From Methanoregula sp. (GTDB lineage Archaea; Halobacteriota; Methanomicrobia; Methanomicrobiales; Methanospirillaceae), in NCBI GenBank assembly GCA_039698055.1, contig JBDKTL010000016.1, positions 1-64,000 of the forward strand: a stretch of DNA of 64,000 nt. The letters are read 5' to 3'. Positions 51,444-61,116 of the stretch are shown here, one piece after another. Numbering within the stretch: position 1 is the stretch's first letter; each line of letters opens with the position of its first letter. A program made the position numbers and the translations under genes. The notes beneath the pieces were generated by a model. The model searched no databases. It was not told the origin of the DNA and saw only the letters and a list, made by a program, of their open reading frames with translations.

Positions 51444-51824
51444 ATGAGGCCAACAACAAAAACAGATGTGAAGTTCGAGCACATAGGGGCAGCCCGCCTC
51501 TATCAGAGCTCGGTCCGTATCGATGTCAAGACAATGCAGGCAGTCATTCCCACCAGTGAAGTACACAAACTTGAACAGCACTGGCCTGCGGCAGTCTATG
51601 ACATATCCGATGTTATGAAGAACGCGGACGCGGCCCCGGTCGGGAAGGCATGGATCACCCGGTCCGGTAAAGCCGTGATGATCTCCATCAACGATGTGCA
51701 GTATGTCTCCCCTCTCGCACAGGTAAAGGGGATGCTCAAGGGCGAGCGGAAATATGCAAACGTCTCAACCATGTGCACCGTGCAGCCCATGACCACAAAC
51801 CAGCCGGCAGGGGCGACAGCATGA
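51444..51824 (+). CDS. Hypothetical protein upstream of ardC
   Basis: GGTGA RBS before MRPTTKTD; VGKAWITRSGKAV; overlaps the ardC start (ATGA). Confidence 0.65.
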   Translation: MRPTTKTDVKFEHIGAARLYQSSVRIDVKTMQAVIPTSEVHKLEQHWPAAVYDISDVMKNADAAPVGKAWITRSGKAVMISINDVQYVSPLAQVKGMLKGERKYANVSTMCTVQPMTTNQPAGATA

Positions 51825-52732
51825 AGGCCGCTGACGTAAAGGCGCAAATAAACGAGAGGATCATAAAATCTCTCGCGGAAGGAAAGATCCCCTGGCTGAA
51901 GCCGTGGACCGAGAACGGGCCGCGCAACCTCTTCAGCGGCAGGGCATATACCGGGCTGAACCGGCTGATCCTCGGGCTCAGTCCCTATCCTCTCCCCTTT
52001 TGGGCAACCTACCGCCAGTATCTCGCAGCAGGGCTACAGGTCCAGTTTGGTGAGCACGGCACCGGGATTATCTACGCAGGCCGGACCGTGAAGACCGACA
52101 CGGAAAGGGACGAGAACGGCGAGGAGACCGAGCGCAGGAAACAGATCCGTTTCCTGAAAGCCTTCGTTGTTTTCAACATCGCCCAAACCGATTACAAGGA
52201 GAAGGGCTACAAGATCCCGGACCAGAAAGAGAACCCGCACCTTCTCGGATGCGATACAATCATTCAGGACTACACGGGCCGGGAGTCGATAAGGATCGCA
52301 GGAGGAAGCCGAGCCGCATACTCCCCGCAGATGGATATTATCACCTGCCCGGAGATCGGCCAGTTCAGGACTTCCGAGCACTATTATGCGACGATGTTTC
52401 ATGAGTGCGTTCACTCCACCGGGCCCCGGCTCGACCGGTTCAAGCGGACCGATCCGGTCTGCTTCGGGTCCGACACCTACGGGCGCGAGGAACTGGTAGC
52501 CGAGATCGGGAGTGCATACCTGGCCGCACTCACCGGGATTGATTCAACGGCGATCATTCAGAATCAGGCCGCCTACCTCCAGAACTGGGCGACGGCGATT
52601 AAGGCCGATGCGGATCTTGTGATGTATGCCGCAGGCAGGGCAGAGAAGGCAGCGGACTTTATGATCGGGGCTTCGGCCCCGGACCCTGCCAGCGCTGCAG
52701 GAACAGAAATGGCGGGAGGGGTGGCAGCATGA
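51821..52732 (+). CDS. ardC: ArdC-family antirestriction / ssDNA-binding protein
   Basis: IPWLKPW, PRNLFSGRAYTGLN, WATYRQ, VFNIAQ, HECVHSTG, YGREELVAEIG, AAYLQNW. Confidence 0.9.
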   Translation: MKAADVKAQINERIIKSLAEGKIPWLKPWTENGPRNLFSGRAYTGLNRLILGLSPYPLPFWATYRQYLAAGLQVQFGEHGTGIIYAGRTVKTDTERDENGEETERRKQIRFLKAFVVFNIAQTDYKEKGYKIPDQKENPHLLGCDTIIQDYTGRESIRIAGGSRAAYSPQMDIITCPEIGQFRTSEHYYATMFHECVHSTGPRLDRFKRTDPVCFGSDTYGREELVAEIGSAYLAALTGIDSTAIIQNQAAYLQNWATAIKADADLVMYAAGRAEKAADFMIGASAPDPASAAGTEMAGGVAA

Positions 52733-52995
52733 CCCCGACCATTTACGACGCCATGCCGATCAAAGTGCTTGAAGAACTCGAACGCATCGAGATTGCGATC
52801 CCTGCAATGGAGCGCCGGGCATTCATGCTGCAAGCCGATGCGCAGGACCTCCGCTTGAGACATGATGAGATCATCAAGTCATGGACAGACAAGGCTGCAT
52901 GGGAGGGGCTCGACAACCTGATCGCAGAACGGCACCGGCTTGATATGATCGCGTGGCACTGCGATCCGCTGCCGAGCGGGATCCGGACGGAGTAG
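52729..52995 (+). CDS. Hypothetical protein, 88 aa
   Basis: ATGA overlap with ardC; helical. Confidence 0.55.
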   Translation: MTPTIYDAMPIKVLEELERIEIAIPAMERRAFMLQADAQDLRLRHDEIIKSWTDKAAWEGLDNLIAERHRLDMIAWHCDPLPSGIRTE

Positions 52996-53206
52996 ATCCT
53001 GTGCTCAGCTTGCGGGAACTCCGGGAGTACCGGAAAAAACGATCAACCATTTTTGGGATGTGGAAAAGTCTGATCTGGTGGCTGCACAGGACAAAGAAAA
53101 GAATTCTTTTGCTCCGGTAAAAACGGTGGCCCGGACAGGGACACCATGAGGCCAATCACGAGCCCTGCCTGGGTTGGTACAATATCGACTCCTGGCATTA
53201 TCTTTC

Positions 53207-53792
53207 TTGGCAAAGGTTGGCCCACCCCGAAGGCTCACGCGACGGGCCCGCCCGGCGGTCCCGTATCCGGCTCGCCTTCTTCCCGCCCGGACCGCTACCC
53301 GGTGGCTGTCCTGTTGAGATATCCTGATCTTCCTGGGCCCGCCCGATGCTCACGCGACACGGCGATGGTCGCCGTGTTCCGGCTCGCATCCTCCCACCCC
53401 CACCCGGAAACCTTATCCCGTGGTTATCCTAATGACTGCCCGTCCCTTTCAAGGGCGGGAGGAGCGAAGCGGGAGGCGGGTCGTGGCCGCAGTGGCCCGA
53501 ACGAGCACCGCTTCAGGGTGCGAAGGTAACGAGACGCATCAGTGTCGAGTCCGAGCCCCTGATGCGTCGTGCGAGTGAGTCACTGAACGAGCGGCGTGAG
53601 TACGATCAACAGCGACGAACACGATGCGAAGCATGGTGTGAGGAGCGGGCCGGAACAGCAAGCCCCGCCGCGAGCCTGCGAGCAAGGGGGTGCGTCTTCG
53701 TCTGCCCAATCAACCGAAGAAAAGCAGCGAAGTGATGTGAGCGTAACGGGCGTGAGCCCGTGGAGACGAACATGACTGAGCGTCTGCATATC
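53207..53792. repeat. Structured GC-rich non-coding element, copy 2 (inverted)
   Basis: Reverse complement aligns to 50741-51312; perfect stem GACGCATCAG/CTGATGCGTC; GCGAAGC motifs. Confidence 0.85.
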
Positions 53793-54633
53793 ACGCGAAC
53801 ACTGAGGGAGGAACGCCGCCCCGCTCCGCACGCTTCGTGCACCTTCGGCGCACTCGCACATGCTCCGCGGACCGGCTTTTTGTGCGCGATTTGAAATTTT
53901 GATCATTTTTTTGATGAGCGAAGTTCAGGAAAATATTTATTTATGCTGCGTGCCAAATAATTTCAAATCAGATTTCATTTGAAAATTGGACAAAAATTAG
54001 AGTGTTTGCGCATTGAACTTGCGGTCAGGAATCCTGCTTCTCGCACTCTCTTCTTGTCTGCATTCCCCGGCATGTGAACGTGATCAGTTGGATTCGATTA
54101 TCCCGATAATCTTTGAATCCGGTTGAGAGGACAATGTTTAAAAAAAAAATTTTACAACCAGAATAAACACTTCGTTTTTTGGGCCATCTTGTGCTCTCTT
54201 TATTGAAAATCACCATGTCTATCCACCATCATATCACCCGGTTTTCATCGGTTACTGCTCTGGAACTGCCATTTTTTTACGATTCAAGCATAAAACCTGC
54301 GATCATATGCGGTTACACGAAAAAGAAGAGAACAAGAATAGGAAAATGCACGTCTCTTTTCAGGATCAAAACCAGCAAATCCGGATTTTCCCTCCTGTTG
54401 AACGCAATATTCTCACCTCAATAACTATGCATATCCTGTTTATGCCGTACATTTCCTGATCCAGGAATCCTGTCGTTCGCAGAAAATTATGTGGAGATCC
54501 GTGAGCCATAAAGACCTCTTGCATATTTTTAAAAATCACTGTTTTTACAGGATCCATCGTGACGGGGGATAATTATTTTATTGAGGATAAAAAAAATTAT
54601 TTACGCATGTGTAAAAAAGCAGGAGTGGTTTGA

Positions 54634-54945
54634 CTGACCGATAAAACCACTCAGGGACCATCAGGCAGCGATGAGATCGTCCGGGTAAAATTACCCCAGA
54701 AACGCTACCGTGAGCAGTTCGGATGCGCCGAATTAATGATGGGTGCCAATCATATTCGCATCCGGTGTTTCGATGGTGTTACCCGGATGGGAAGGATCAA
54801 AGGAAAGATCAAGAAGAAAGTCTGGATCCGCGAAGGGGATCTTCTCATTGTCATCCCATGGAATTTCCAGGATGAAAAATGCGATATCATGTACCGATAT
54901 ACCGGGCCACAGGTGGAATGGTTGCGCCGGAACAAATACCTTTAA
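54634..54945 (+). CDS. eif1A: Translation initiation factor aIF1A (probable CTG start)
   Basis: EIVRVKLP..REQFG.AELMMGANH, GRIKGKIKKKVWIREGD, PWNFQDEK; the frame opens at CTG right after an in-frame TGA. Confidence 0.92.
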   Translation: MTDKTTQGPSGSDEIVRVKLPQKRYREQFGCAELMMGANHIRIRCFDGVTRMGRIKGKIKKKVWIREGDLLIVIPWNFQDEKCDIMYRYTGPQVEWLRRNKYL

Positions 54946-55060
54946 AGTACGGCACGGGCTTGCTGGCTCTTTTTATATCCCGATGTAACCGTTACCCTTT
55001 TTTATAAATGGAGGGCCAGGGTATATTTATCCCCGTCTCAATGAAGCGCTCAGAAAAAAA

Positions 55061-55876
55061 TTACAGGGATTTGATTTCAATCTCATATTGTTTAACGACA
55101 AGCAGGGCGGGCTCGCTCGTATCGGTAGGGACCAGGTACTTCCCCGGGCTTCCGCCGACCTCGGACATCTTCAGCGTATTTTTGAAGTAATTGCTCCATG
55201 CGATGGAATAATCAACGTCTGCATTGGGGGTGTACTGCACATAGATATGATCCCCGGCAGGTATACTGTACTCCGTATAATTGCCTGCCCCAAACGCCAT
55301 CTGTGCCGTCCCCACGCCGGAACGTGCGAACATATCTGTGGAATTAAAAGAAATTAAATAGATCACCGCGGTGTTTGTTTTATCGTCGACAAACCAGCGG
55401 GGTTCTGCAAGCATGACCGATCCTTGCAGGGCCACTTTACGGAGCACCACCGCACCGTTCTCTAAGGAGATCATGGTCTCGGCAGCGGTTGAATGGTACC
55501 GGAGATCGCCGGTATGGACGGTCAGGGGCAGGGGCGGGCCGGTTGTAACGGCACCCCCGTCATCAGAGATGGTAAACGACGAGGTGGTTGCATCATCATA
55601 GCTCGTATTGTAGATGGTCAGCGCACCTCCGCCCACTTTCATCGACGTCTCCTTGTACGGTACCGTTTTGTAGGCCAGGCTCTTGACATCGTTCTGCAGC
55701 ACGATCATATTCTTTTCCATTATCTGTTCGTCGGCGCTGGTCTGTTGCTTCAACAGCATCGGGTACCCGTACAGGGTCACCAGGCCAATCCCTGCAATAA
55801 TGATCGAAAAAATCAACAGAAATCCAATCGATTCTGAAACTCCCGACTCTTTGGCCCGTTCCTTACTCCCGCTCAT
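55061..55876 (-). CDS. Archaeal pilin-like protein (class III signal peptide)
   Basis: KESGVSESIGFLLIFSIII; LENGAV. Confidence 0.75.
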   Translation of the reverse strand: MSGSKERAKESGVSESIGFLLIFSIIIAGIGLVTLYGYPMLLKQQTSADEQIMEKNMIVLQNDVKSLAYKTVPYKETSMKVGGGALTIYNTSYDDATTSSFTISDDGGAVTTGPPLPLTVHTGDLRYHSTAAETMISLENGAVVLRKVALQGSVMLAEPRWFVDDKTNTAVIYLISFNSTDMFARSGVGTAQMAFGAGNYTEYSIPAGDHIYVQYTPNADVDYSIAWSNYFKNTLKMSEVGGSPGKYLVPTDTSEPALLVVKQYEIEIKSL

Positions 55877-56334
55877 TAAAATCCTCCCGAATCGTACACG
55901 ATCTTGTTCATTCCAATGCCCGTCGTGTTCCCTGTCACACCTCTTGTCGCCCCGATACCGGCAAGGCTCACGTTGCTGGCGATAGTATCACGGGAGACCC
56001 GCACATTCTGGTCAACGGGATTATCCCCCGGCCCGATCTCGACGAAATATCCTCTTCCGCCAACATCGTCCGGGATATCAAAAGACGTGTTGATTGTTCC
56101 ATTCTGTGGCGCGATCTCGTACACATCGACAATCCGGGTGGACACGCCGTTCCCGATATCGGAAAATGCGGTGTAGGCAAGCGTGTTTGCCGGACCTTCC
56201 ATAACATTTGCATTTACCAACAGCATCATCACTACCAGCAGGAACATCAGAATCCCGCTCACCATCACGTACTCGATCATCGTCGCCACACCGGATTCAT
56301 TATCATGTTCAGAGCGATGCCCACATTTCATCAT
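55876..56334 (-). CDS. Archaeal pilin-like protein
   Basis: ESGVATMIEYVMVSGILM. Confidence 0.7.
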   Translation of the reverse strand: MMKCGHRSEHDNESGVATMIEYVMVSGILMFLLVVMMLLVNANVMEGPANTLAYTAFSDIGNGVSTRIVDVYEIAPQNGTINTSFDIPDDVGGRGYFVEIGPGDNPVDQNVRVSRDTIASNVSLAGIGATRGVTGNTTGIGMNKIVYDSGGF

Positions 56335-56674
56335 ACAAGGTCACCCCGTTGTTGTAATGGATATCGATGTACGTGTGGGTATCAGCCGGTGGATTGGGCA
56401 GGATCACCGAATAATTCACCACTGCACTTTTTCGGCTTAGCGCAATAGACTGGAGATCGGTCCGGAAATCCGCATCGGTGGGCACAGATGAAGACTGGAT
56501 GATTACTGCTCTTACATCACGGATATCATTTTTTGGGAAATCCAGAACACCTTCAGCAGTTGTCTGGCCGACAACCGTCGCCTGGTTGAGGATCATCGCA
56601 AGGAAGAAGAAACTGAAACTTACGATAAATCCCATGAGCACGATCCACTGTGCATCATCGTTCATCCTCGCCAT
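56309..56674 (-). CDS. Archaeal pilin-like protein
   Basis: DDAQWIVLMGFIV. Confidence 0.65.
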   Translation of the reverse strand: MARMNDDAQWIVLMGFIVSFSFFFLAMILNQATVVGQTTAEGVLDFPKNDIRDVRAVIIQSSSVPTDADFRTDLQSIALSRKSAVVNYSVILPNPPADTHTYIDIHYNNGVTLYDEMWASL

Positions 56675-57165
56675 AGCATTACCTCCACCAGTGCCGCACG
56701 GTTTTTCTGGACATTACTCCCCCCAAGTTTTTTATTCACAATTACCCATTCCGTCACTTTGACTGCATGCTCTCCTCCCGTGAGGCTACGACTGGCGTAA
56801 AGTGGGTATGAGTCGATTGTGTTGTTGTAAATGTCCCGGTAGGTTACCGAAGCGCTGAACTGAAGGTCTTCTGACCGGGACCAGGTTTCATTATTACAAT
56901 AATTCAGGAACGTCGTGTTAAATCCTGCACCGTCATCTGTTTCGATCATCGACTGGAGCGGACTCTTTGCGATCGTTCCATTCAATGGTGTATTCATCAT
57001 ACGGAGCGCATCGTTCCCGAGCTGTTCCAGCTGCATGTCGCTGATATGCGTATCCCCGGGGGTATAGATGGATGTCGAACCAAGTACGATGTATGCTGTA
57101 AGGAGCATGATCACTCCTGCCGATACCCCTTCGATTGTATAGAGCTGCCCGTCGCTGTTTACCAT
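56662..57165 (-). CDS. Archaeal pilin-like protein
   Basis: DGQLYTIEGVSAGVIML; C-terminal VEVMLW. Confidence 0.7.
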   Translation of the reverse strand: MVNSDGQLYTIEGVSAGVIMLLTAYIVLGSTSIYTPGDTHISDMQLEQLGNDALRMMNTPLNGTIAKSPLQSMIETDDGAGFNTTFLNYCNNETWSRSEDLQFSASVTYRDIYNNTIDSYPLYASRSLTGGEHAVKVTEWVIVNKKLGGSNVQKNRAALVEVMLWRG

Positions 57166-58214
57166 ACTGCAACCTCCACGATACCGTCATATAACTGGGG
57201 CTGGGTGACATTTTCTGAATAATAGTTATAGTCAAACGGCCCGCTTACCGAGCTGTTGAGGTACCAGCTCGGCGTGTCGTGTTCGAACGTGTAGTTGATG
57301 TACAGCTGGGTATTGTGTGAAGCCATATCATAGAAAAATCCCCCCGGGAATATGAGCGAAACACTGTTGTTGACGTAGTGAGGAAGTGACAGGACTGCCG
57401 TCGAATTATCATCAATATAGGGAGTATCGTATGTCCGGACTTCCGCTAATGGCGGGAACGGATCAAATGGTGTGGGTTCCGAACGGTAGATGATGATGCT
57501 TGACAGGTTGGTGATCGGCATCGGGATAGGTGGGGGATTAACCGTTGTGCTGAGATCGGTAAGGTTGATGACGATCTGCTCCCGGCGCGGATCGATCTGG
57601 TATGCAGGATTTGTTACCTGCTCCAGCAGTTTTGTGCAGTTGATGTGGACTGAAAATATATCCGTGGTCACATTATCTTTTGACTGGTAGTTATGCGCTG
57701 TGATCTGGGTGGTGCCAATCGTGGCGTTACTCGTCCCCTTGATCTTTACAACACGGCGGATATACCCATACCCGTCAGGAATGAGATCCCCAATTGAGCG
57801 GGTGACTTCTGAACCTGTTTCCTGAACAGAAATATTGAAGTGGTACGGGTAGTCCCCGAAGATCACCCGCTGGTGGTAATCATCCGGGTAAGAAAATGCT
57901 GTACTGCAGAAAAACCGGTCGACCTTTGCACTGGACAGGATATTGGGGGTGTCTTTTGACAGGGAGAGTCCAAACCGCACTACCAGATCCTTTTCAAGAT
58001 CGGTCCGGGTTTCCCATGGTGGATTAACGGGCATTCCCGGGTCTTCCACGAGAATTACACCGGTCCGGTACGCCACTGCATCGTAATCGATGGTATTGCT
58101 CTGGAGCCCAATCAGAAGCGACGGGATCATCGTTGCAACATAAATGAATGCAACCATGAAGATGGCAAACCCTGCCAGAAAATCAATGGAAAGGTTGCCC
58201 GCGTCATCAGTCAT
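57159..58214 (-). CDS. Archaeal pilin-like protein
   Basis: DAGNLSIDFLAGFAIF; LVEDPG; C-terminal VEVAVW. Confidence 0.7.
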   Translation of the reverse strand: MTDDAGNLSIDFLAGFAIFMVAFIYVATMIPSLLIGLQSNTIDYDAVAYRTGVILVEDPGMPVNPPWETRTDLEKDLVVRFGLSLSKDTPNILSSAKVDRFFCSTAFSYPDDYHQRVIFGDYPYHFNISVQETGSEVTRSIGDLIPDGYGYIRRVVKIKGTSNATIGTTQITAHNYQSKDNVTTDIFSVHINCTKLLEQVTNPAYQIDPRREQIVINLTDLSTTVNPPPIPMPITNLSSIIIYRSEPTPFDPFPPLAEVRTYDTPYIDDNSTAVLSLPHYVNNSVSLIFPGGFFYDMASHNTQLYINYTFEHDTPSWYLNSSVSGPFDYNYYSENVTQPQLYDGIVEVAVW

Positions 58215-58809
58215 AGACAGAAACCAACGCTCCTGTGGTTGCATTGAACGTGAGAATCTGCGGCGAACTCCCCTGCGGACGGGTGATGATATAGTTCCCG
58301 TCCATAAGTTCGAGTACTACGCCGGTTTGCACCAATGATGAATTTATTGAGGGTATCTGGAGCCGGTCTGAAGTGATCAACTCACCGGGGGTTAGTACTG
58401 TAGAAAAATCGATATCCTGTAGGGGAAGTCCTGCATCCCAGGGAATTATTGCCACGCCGTTACGGTCATATATGTAGATCGTGGTCACATTATTATTGCG
58501 CACTCCAAAAATCCAGCTGGTTGCTGCCCCGGCATCGTTCAGGTTCTTTGCCCCGATATAGTGGATTGTCTCGTTCATCCTGTTCATCGCCGGGTCAGGC
58601 TGGTATCTTTTTATCTCATTGAGTGCGAACTGCATCTCGATTGGCTGGATCAATGCCAGGGGCTGAATCGCCGTGATGCCGACATTCCCGGGTGTAATAT
58701 GTGCCGGTGCTGACGATTTCGGCTGCAGGGCAGGCAGGACAAAGGTGGCACCGATGCAGAACGCACATACCAGGATAATTGCAAGAAAAAGAATGCTAAT
58801 CCGGCGCAT
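58207..58809 (-). CDS. Secreted or membrane-anchored hypothetical protein
   Basis: N-terminal signal/TM MRRISILFLAIILVC; C-terminal FNATTGAL. Confidence 0.65.
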   Translation of the reverse strand: MRRISILFLAIILVCAFCIGATFVLPALQPKSSAPAHITPGNVGITAIQPLALIQPIEMQFALNEIKRYQPDPAMNRMNETIHYIGAKNLNDAGAATSWIFGVRNNNVTTIYIYDRNGVAIIPWDAGLPLQDIDFSTVLTPGELITSDRLQIPSINSSLVQTGVVLELMDGNYIITRPQGSSPQILTFNATTGALVSVYD

Positions 58810-58922
58810 ATGGTCTCCTAATGGGGTATGGATAGGGTAAGAGATATAAATATTGGTTTTTTATTCCGGTGCCCGGTTCAGGGCGCGGCATACAAAAAAA
58901 AGTCCCGTTTTAAAAAAAGGGG

Positions 58923-59795
58923 TTAGGAAACGATCTTTGAGATCGGGATCTCAAGGATATCTTCTGCACCACAGCTCTTGAGTTTCGGAATCAGCCCGTT
59001 GACCGCATTTTTTGGTACCACGGTCTGGATGCTGTAGTAATCGATCCCGTGGAGCTGGCTCACGGTCGGTTTTTTCATTGCGGGAAGAGCAGCGACAATC
59101 TTTTCCAGGGACGCTCCCGGCACATTCATGGTCAGCAGCACTTTGTGCCGTGCCGCGATCACGCCAAAGAGAAGGGTCGTTATCTCTTCGATCTCTTTTC
59201 TCTTCTCCGGGTCTGCCCAGCTCTGTTTATTGGCGATGATGACCGTGTGCGACTCCATGATCTGCCCGATGATCTTGAGACCATTCTTGCGCAGTGTCGT
59301 TCCTGTCTCGGTGAGATCGACAACTACATCCATAAGATCCGGTACCTTTGCTTCCGAAGCACCAAACGAGTGGAATAACTGCACCGGGACACCCAGGGAC
59401 TCAAAATATTTTTTTGTGAGCTCGGGGTATTCCGTGGTCACGCGGCTGTCCGGCCGAATCTGGTGTGCGTTCTCTATGGGCTCGTCGCGGTGAACCGCAA
59501 TGACGATTTTCACATTTCCTTCACCGGTTTTACTGTAGGACAGGTCGGCGACTTCCACGACATCAGAACCTGTCTCCCTGACCCAGTCAAGACCGGAGAT
59601 CCCGAGATCGAAATAACCTTTATCCACATAGGTAGGGATCTCCTGCGGGCGCAGGATCTTGATTTTGCCGATACGGGGGTCATCGATGCGGGGATTGTAA
59701 TCGCGATCCGTGCGCTTGACCTCAAGATCAGCCTCTTTGAAGAGCTGGAGCGTCTGTGCTTCGAGGCTGCCTTTCGGGAGTGCGAGGGTAAACAT
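58923..59795 (-). CDS. hisG: ATP phosphoribosyltransferase
   Basis: LALPKGSL, RPQEIP, DLGISG, GASEAK, VVDLTETGTTL, GAEDIL. Confidence 0.95.
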   Translation of the reverse strand: MFTLALPKGSLEAQTLQLFKEADLEVKRTDRDYNPRIDDPRIGKIKILRPQEIPTYVDKGYFDLGISGLDWVRETGSDVVEVADLSYSKTGEGNVKIVIAVHRDEPIENAHQIRPDSRVTTEYPELTKKYFESLGVPVQLFHSFGASEAKVPDLMDVVVDLTETGTTLRKNGLKIIGQIMESHTVIIANKQSWADPEKRKEIEEITTLLFGVIAARHKVLLTMNVPGASLEKIVAALPAMKKPTVSQLHGIDYYSIQTVVPKNAVNGLIPKLKSCGAEDILEIPISKIVS

Positions 59796-59850
59796 ACCGT
59801 AGACAATTGGCGGGAAAAAAGATAAAGATAAATGGTGCGGCCCTTGCCGG

Positions 59851-61116
59851 TCAATCGAACGTATGAATGACCAGCCCGCTCAGCAGCTTGGGTTCAAACC
59901 AGGTTGATTTCGGGGGCATCACGTTGTTGGCATCGGCAACATCAAGGACGGTTTCAACCCGGACCGGCTGCATGGCAAACGCGACCGTGAATTTTCCTTC
60001 ATCGATAAGTCTTTCGAGATCGGCCACCGGCCGTGCGCCTCCAAGGTACTGGAGTCGGGCATCGCCCCGGGGATCCGTGATATTGAGCATACCTTCGAGC
60101 ACGAACTTCTGGAGCACTGCGACATCAAGGGTCTCGAGTGGTGCCGCTCTGGTATCGATCGGGCGGGTGCACTCGTACCAGGTTCCGCCAAGATACATGT
60201 GGATGATATGGTATTTTTCCGGGCTGGCAACCTTTGGCGCAATATTATACCCGGTGTTGTCCACGGTACCGCAGGCCCTCACCTCGAAAAATTTCCCAAT
60301 GTGCGTCATAAATGATTCGGGGGTAAACGAACCAATATCCGTGAGCAGACGGCTATATCCGTGAATCCTGACCCGGTCATGGGCAAACAATACACCCATA
60401 AACCGGCTGACATCTCCCTCAACGGGCAATCCGGCCGCTCTTCTCCGGTCAGCCACGTTTACTGCTGCTTTTGCCCGGTGGTGGCCATCTGCAATATACA
60501 GGCTTGGCACCGATGAGAAAAGGTCTTCAAGCCGGGTCAGGTCTTGTGGGTCGGTGATACAGAAGATCTGGTGTATTCCCCCTTCCGTGGTGGCCACTTC
60601 TGCATCCGGTTTTTTTGTTGGGGGAACCAGCGATTCAACGAATGAAAAAAGGGAGTCGGCGTCCCGGTACAGCAACACAACAGGGCCGTTATGGGCTTTT
60701 ACCGCTTCGATATGCCGGGTCCGGTCCTCTTCCTTATCGTACCGGGTATGCTCGTGGCGCCGGATCCGGTTTGTGCGGTAGTCTTCCACGTCTAGCCCAC
60801 AACAGAGCCCGACAAATGTCTCGCCGTTCTGGCGCACCCGGTACACGTAGAACGAAGATGCAGCATCCCTCCGCAGGCGCCCGCATGAGATCAACGCGGC
60901 AAAATTATCATGCGCCCGCTGGTAGACGCGATCATCGTGCGGGGGGATATCGGGGAGTTCTGCGTCAGACCGGCTCACTCGCAAAAAACTATCGGGATTC
61001 TGCCGGATGATCTCACGTGCCTCTTCTGCTGTCACCACGTCATATGGTACTGCCGCGATGGCCGCAGCTTCAAGGGGAGCGGGGCGGACCCCTGCAAAAG
61101 GAAATATCTTCACCAT
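59851..61116 (-). CDS. DUF1015-family protein
   Basis: VPYDV, IRRHEHT, YIADGHHR, MPPKSTWFEPKL. Confidence 0.88.
   Translation of the reverse strand: MVKIFPFAGVRPAPLEAAAIAAVPYDVVTAEEAREIIRQNPDSFLRVSRSDAELPDIPPHDDRVYQRAHDNFAALISCGRLRRDAASSFYVYRVRQNGETFVGLCCGLDVEDYRTNRIRRHEHTRYDKEEDRTRHIEAVKAHNGPVVLLYRDADSLFSFVESLVPPTKKPDAEVATTEGGIHQIFCITDPQDLTRLEDLFSSVPSLYIADGHHRAKAAVNVADRRRAAGLPVEGDVSRFMGVLFAHDRVRIHGYSRLLTDIGSFTPESFMTHIGKFFEVRACGTVDNTGYNIAPKVASPEKYHIIHMYLGGTWYECTRPIDTRAAPLETLDVAVLQKFVLEGMLNITDPRGDARLQYLGGARPVADLERLIDEGKFTVAFAMQPVRVETVLDVADANNVMPPKSTWFEPKLLSGLVIHTFD

Larger units (their letters stand above)
21930..53900. mobile_element. Integrative element / genomic island inserted at tRNA-Gln (right boundary approximate)
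   Basis: Integrase starts about 60 bp after the tRNA 3' end; primase-helicase, MTase, ardC and mosaic base composition; core genes resume at aIF1A; no attR duplication found by eye. Confidence 0.75.

Noticed and set aside
54021-54040. attR remnant (GCGGTCAGGAATCCTGC resembles parts of tRNA-Gln)
   Set aside because: Only short discontinuous matches; no copy of the tRNA 3' end was found
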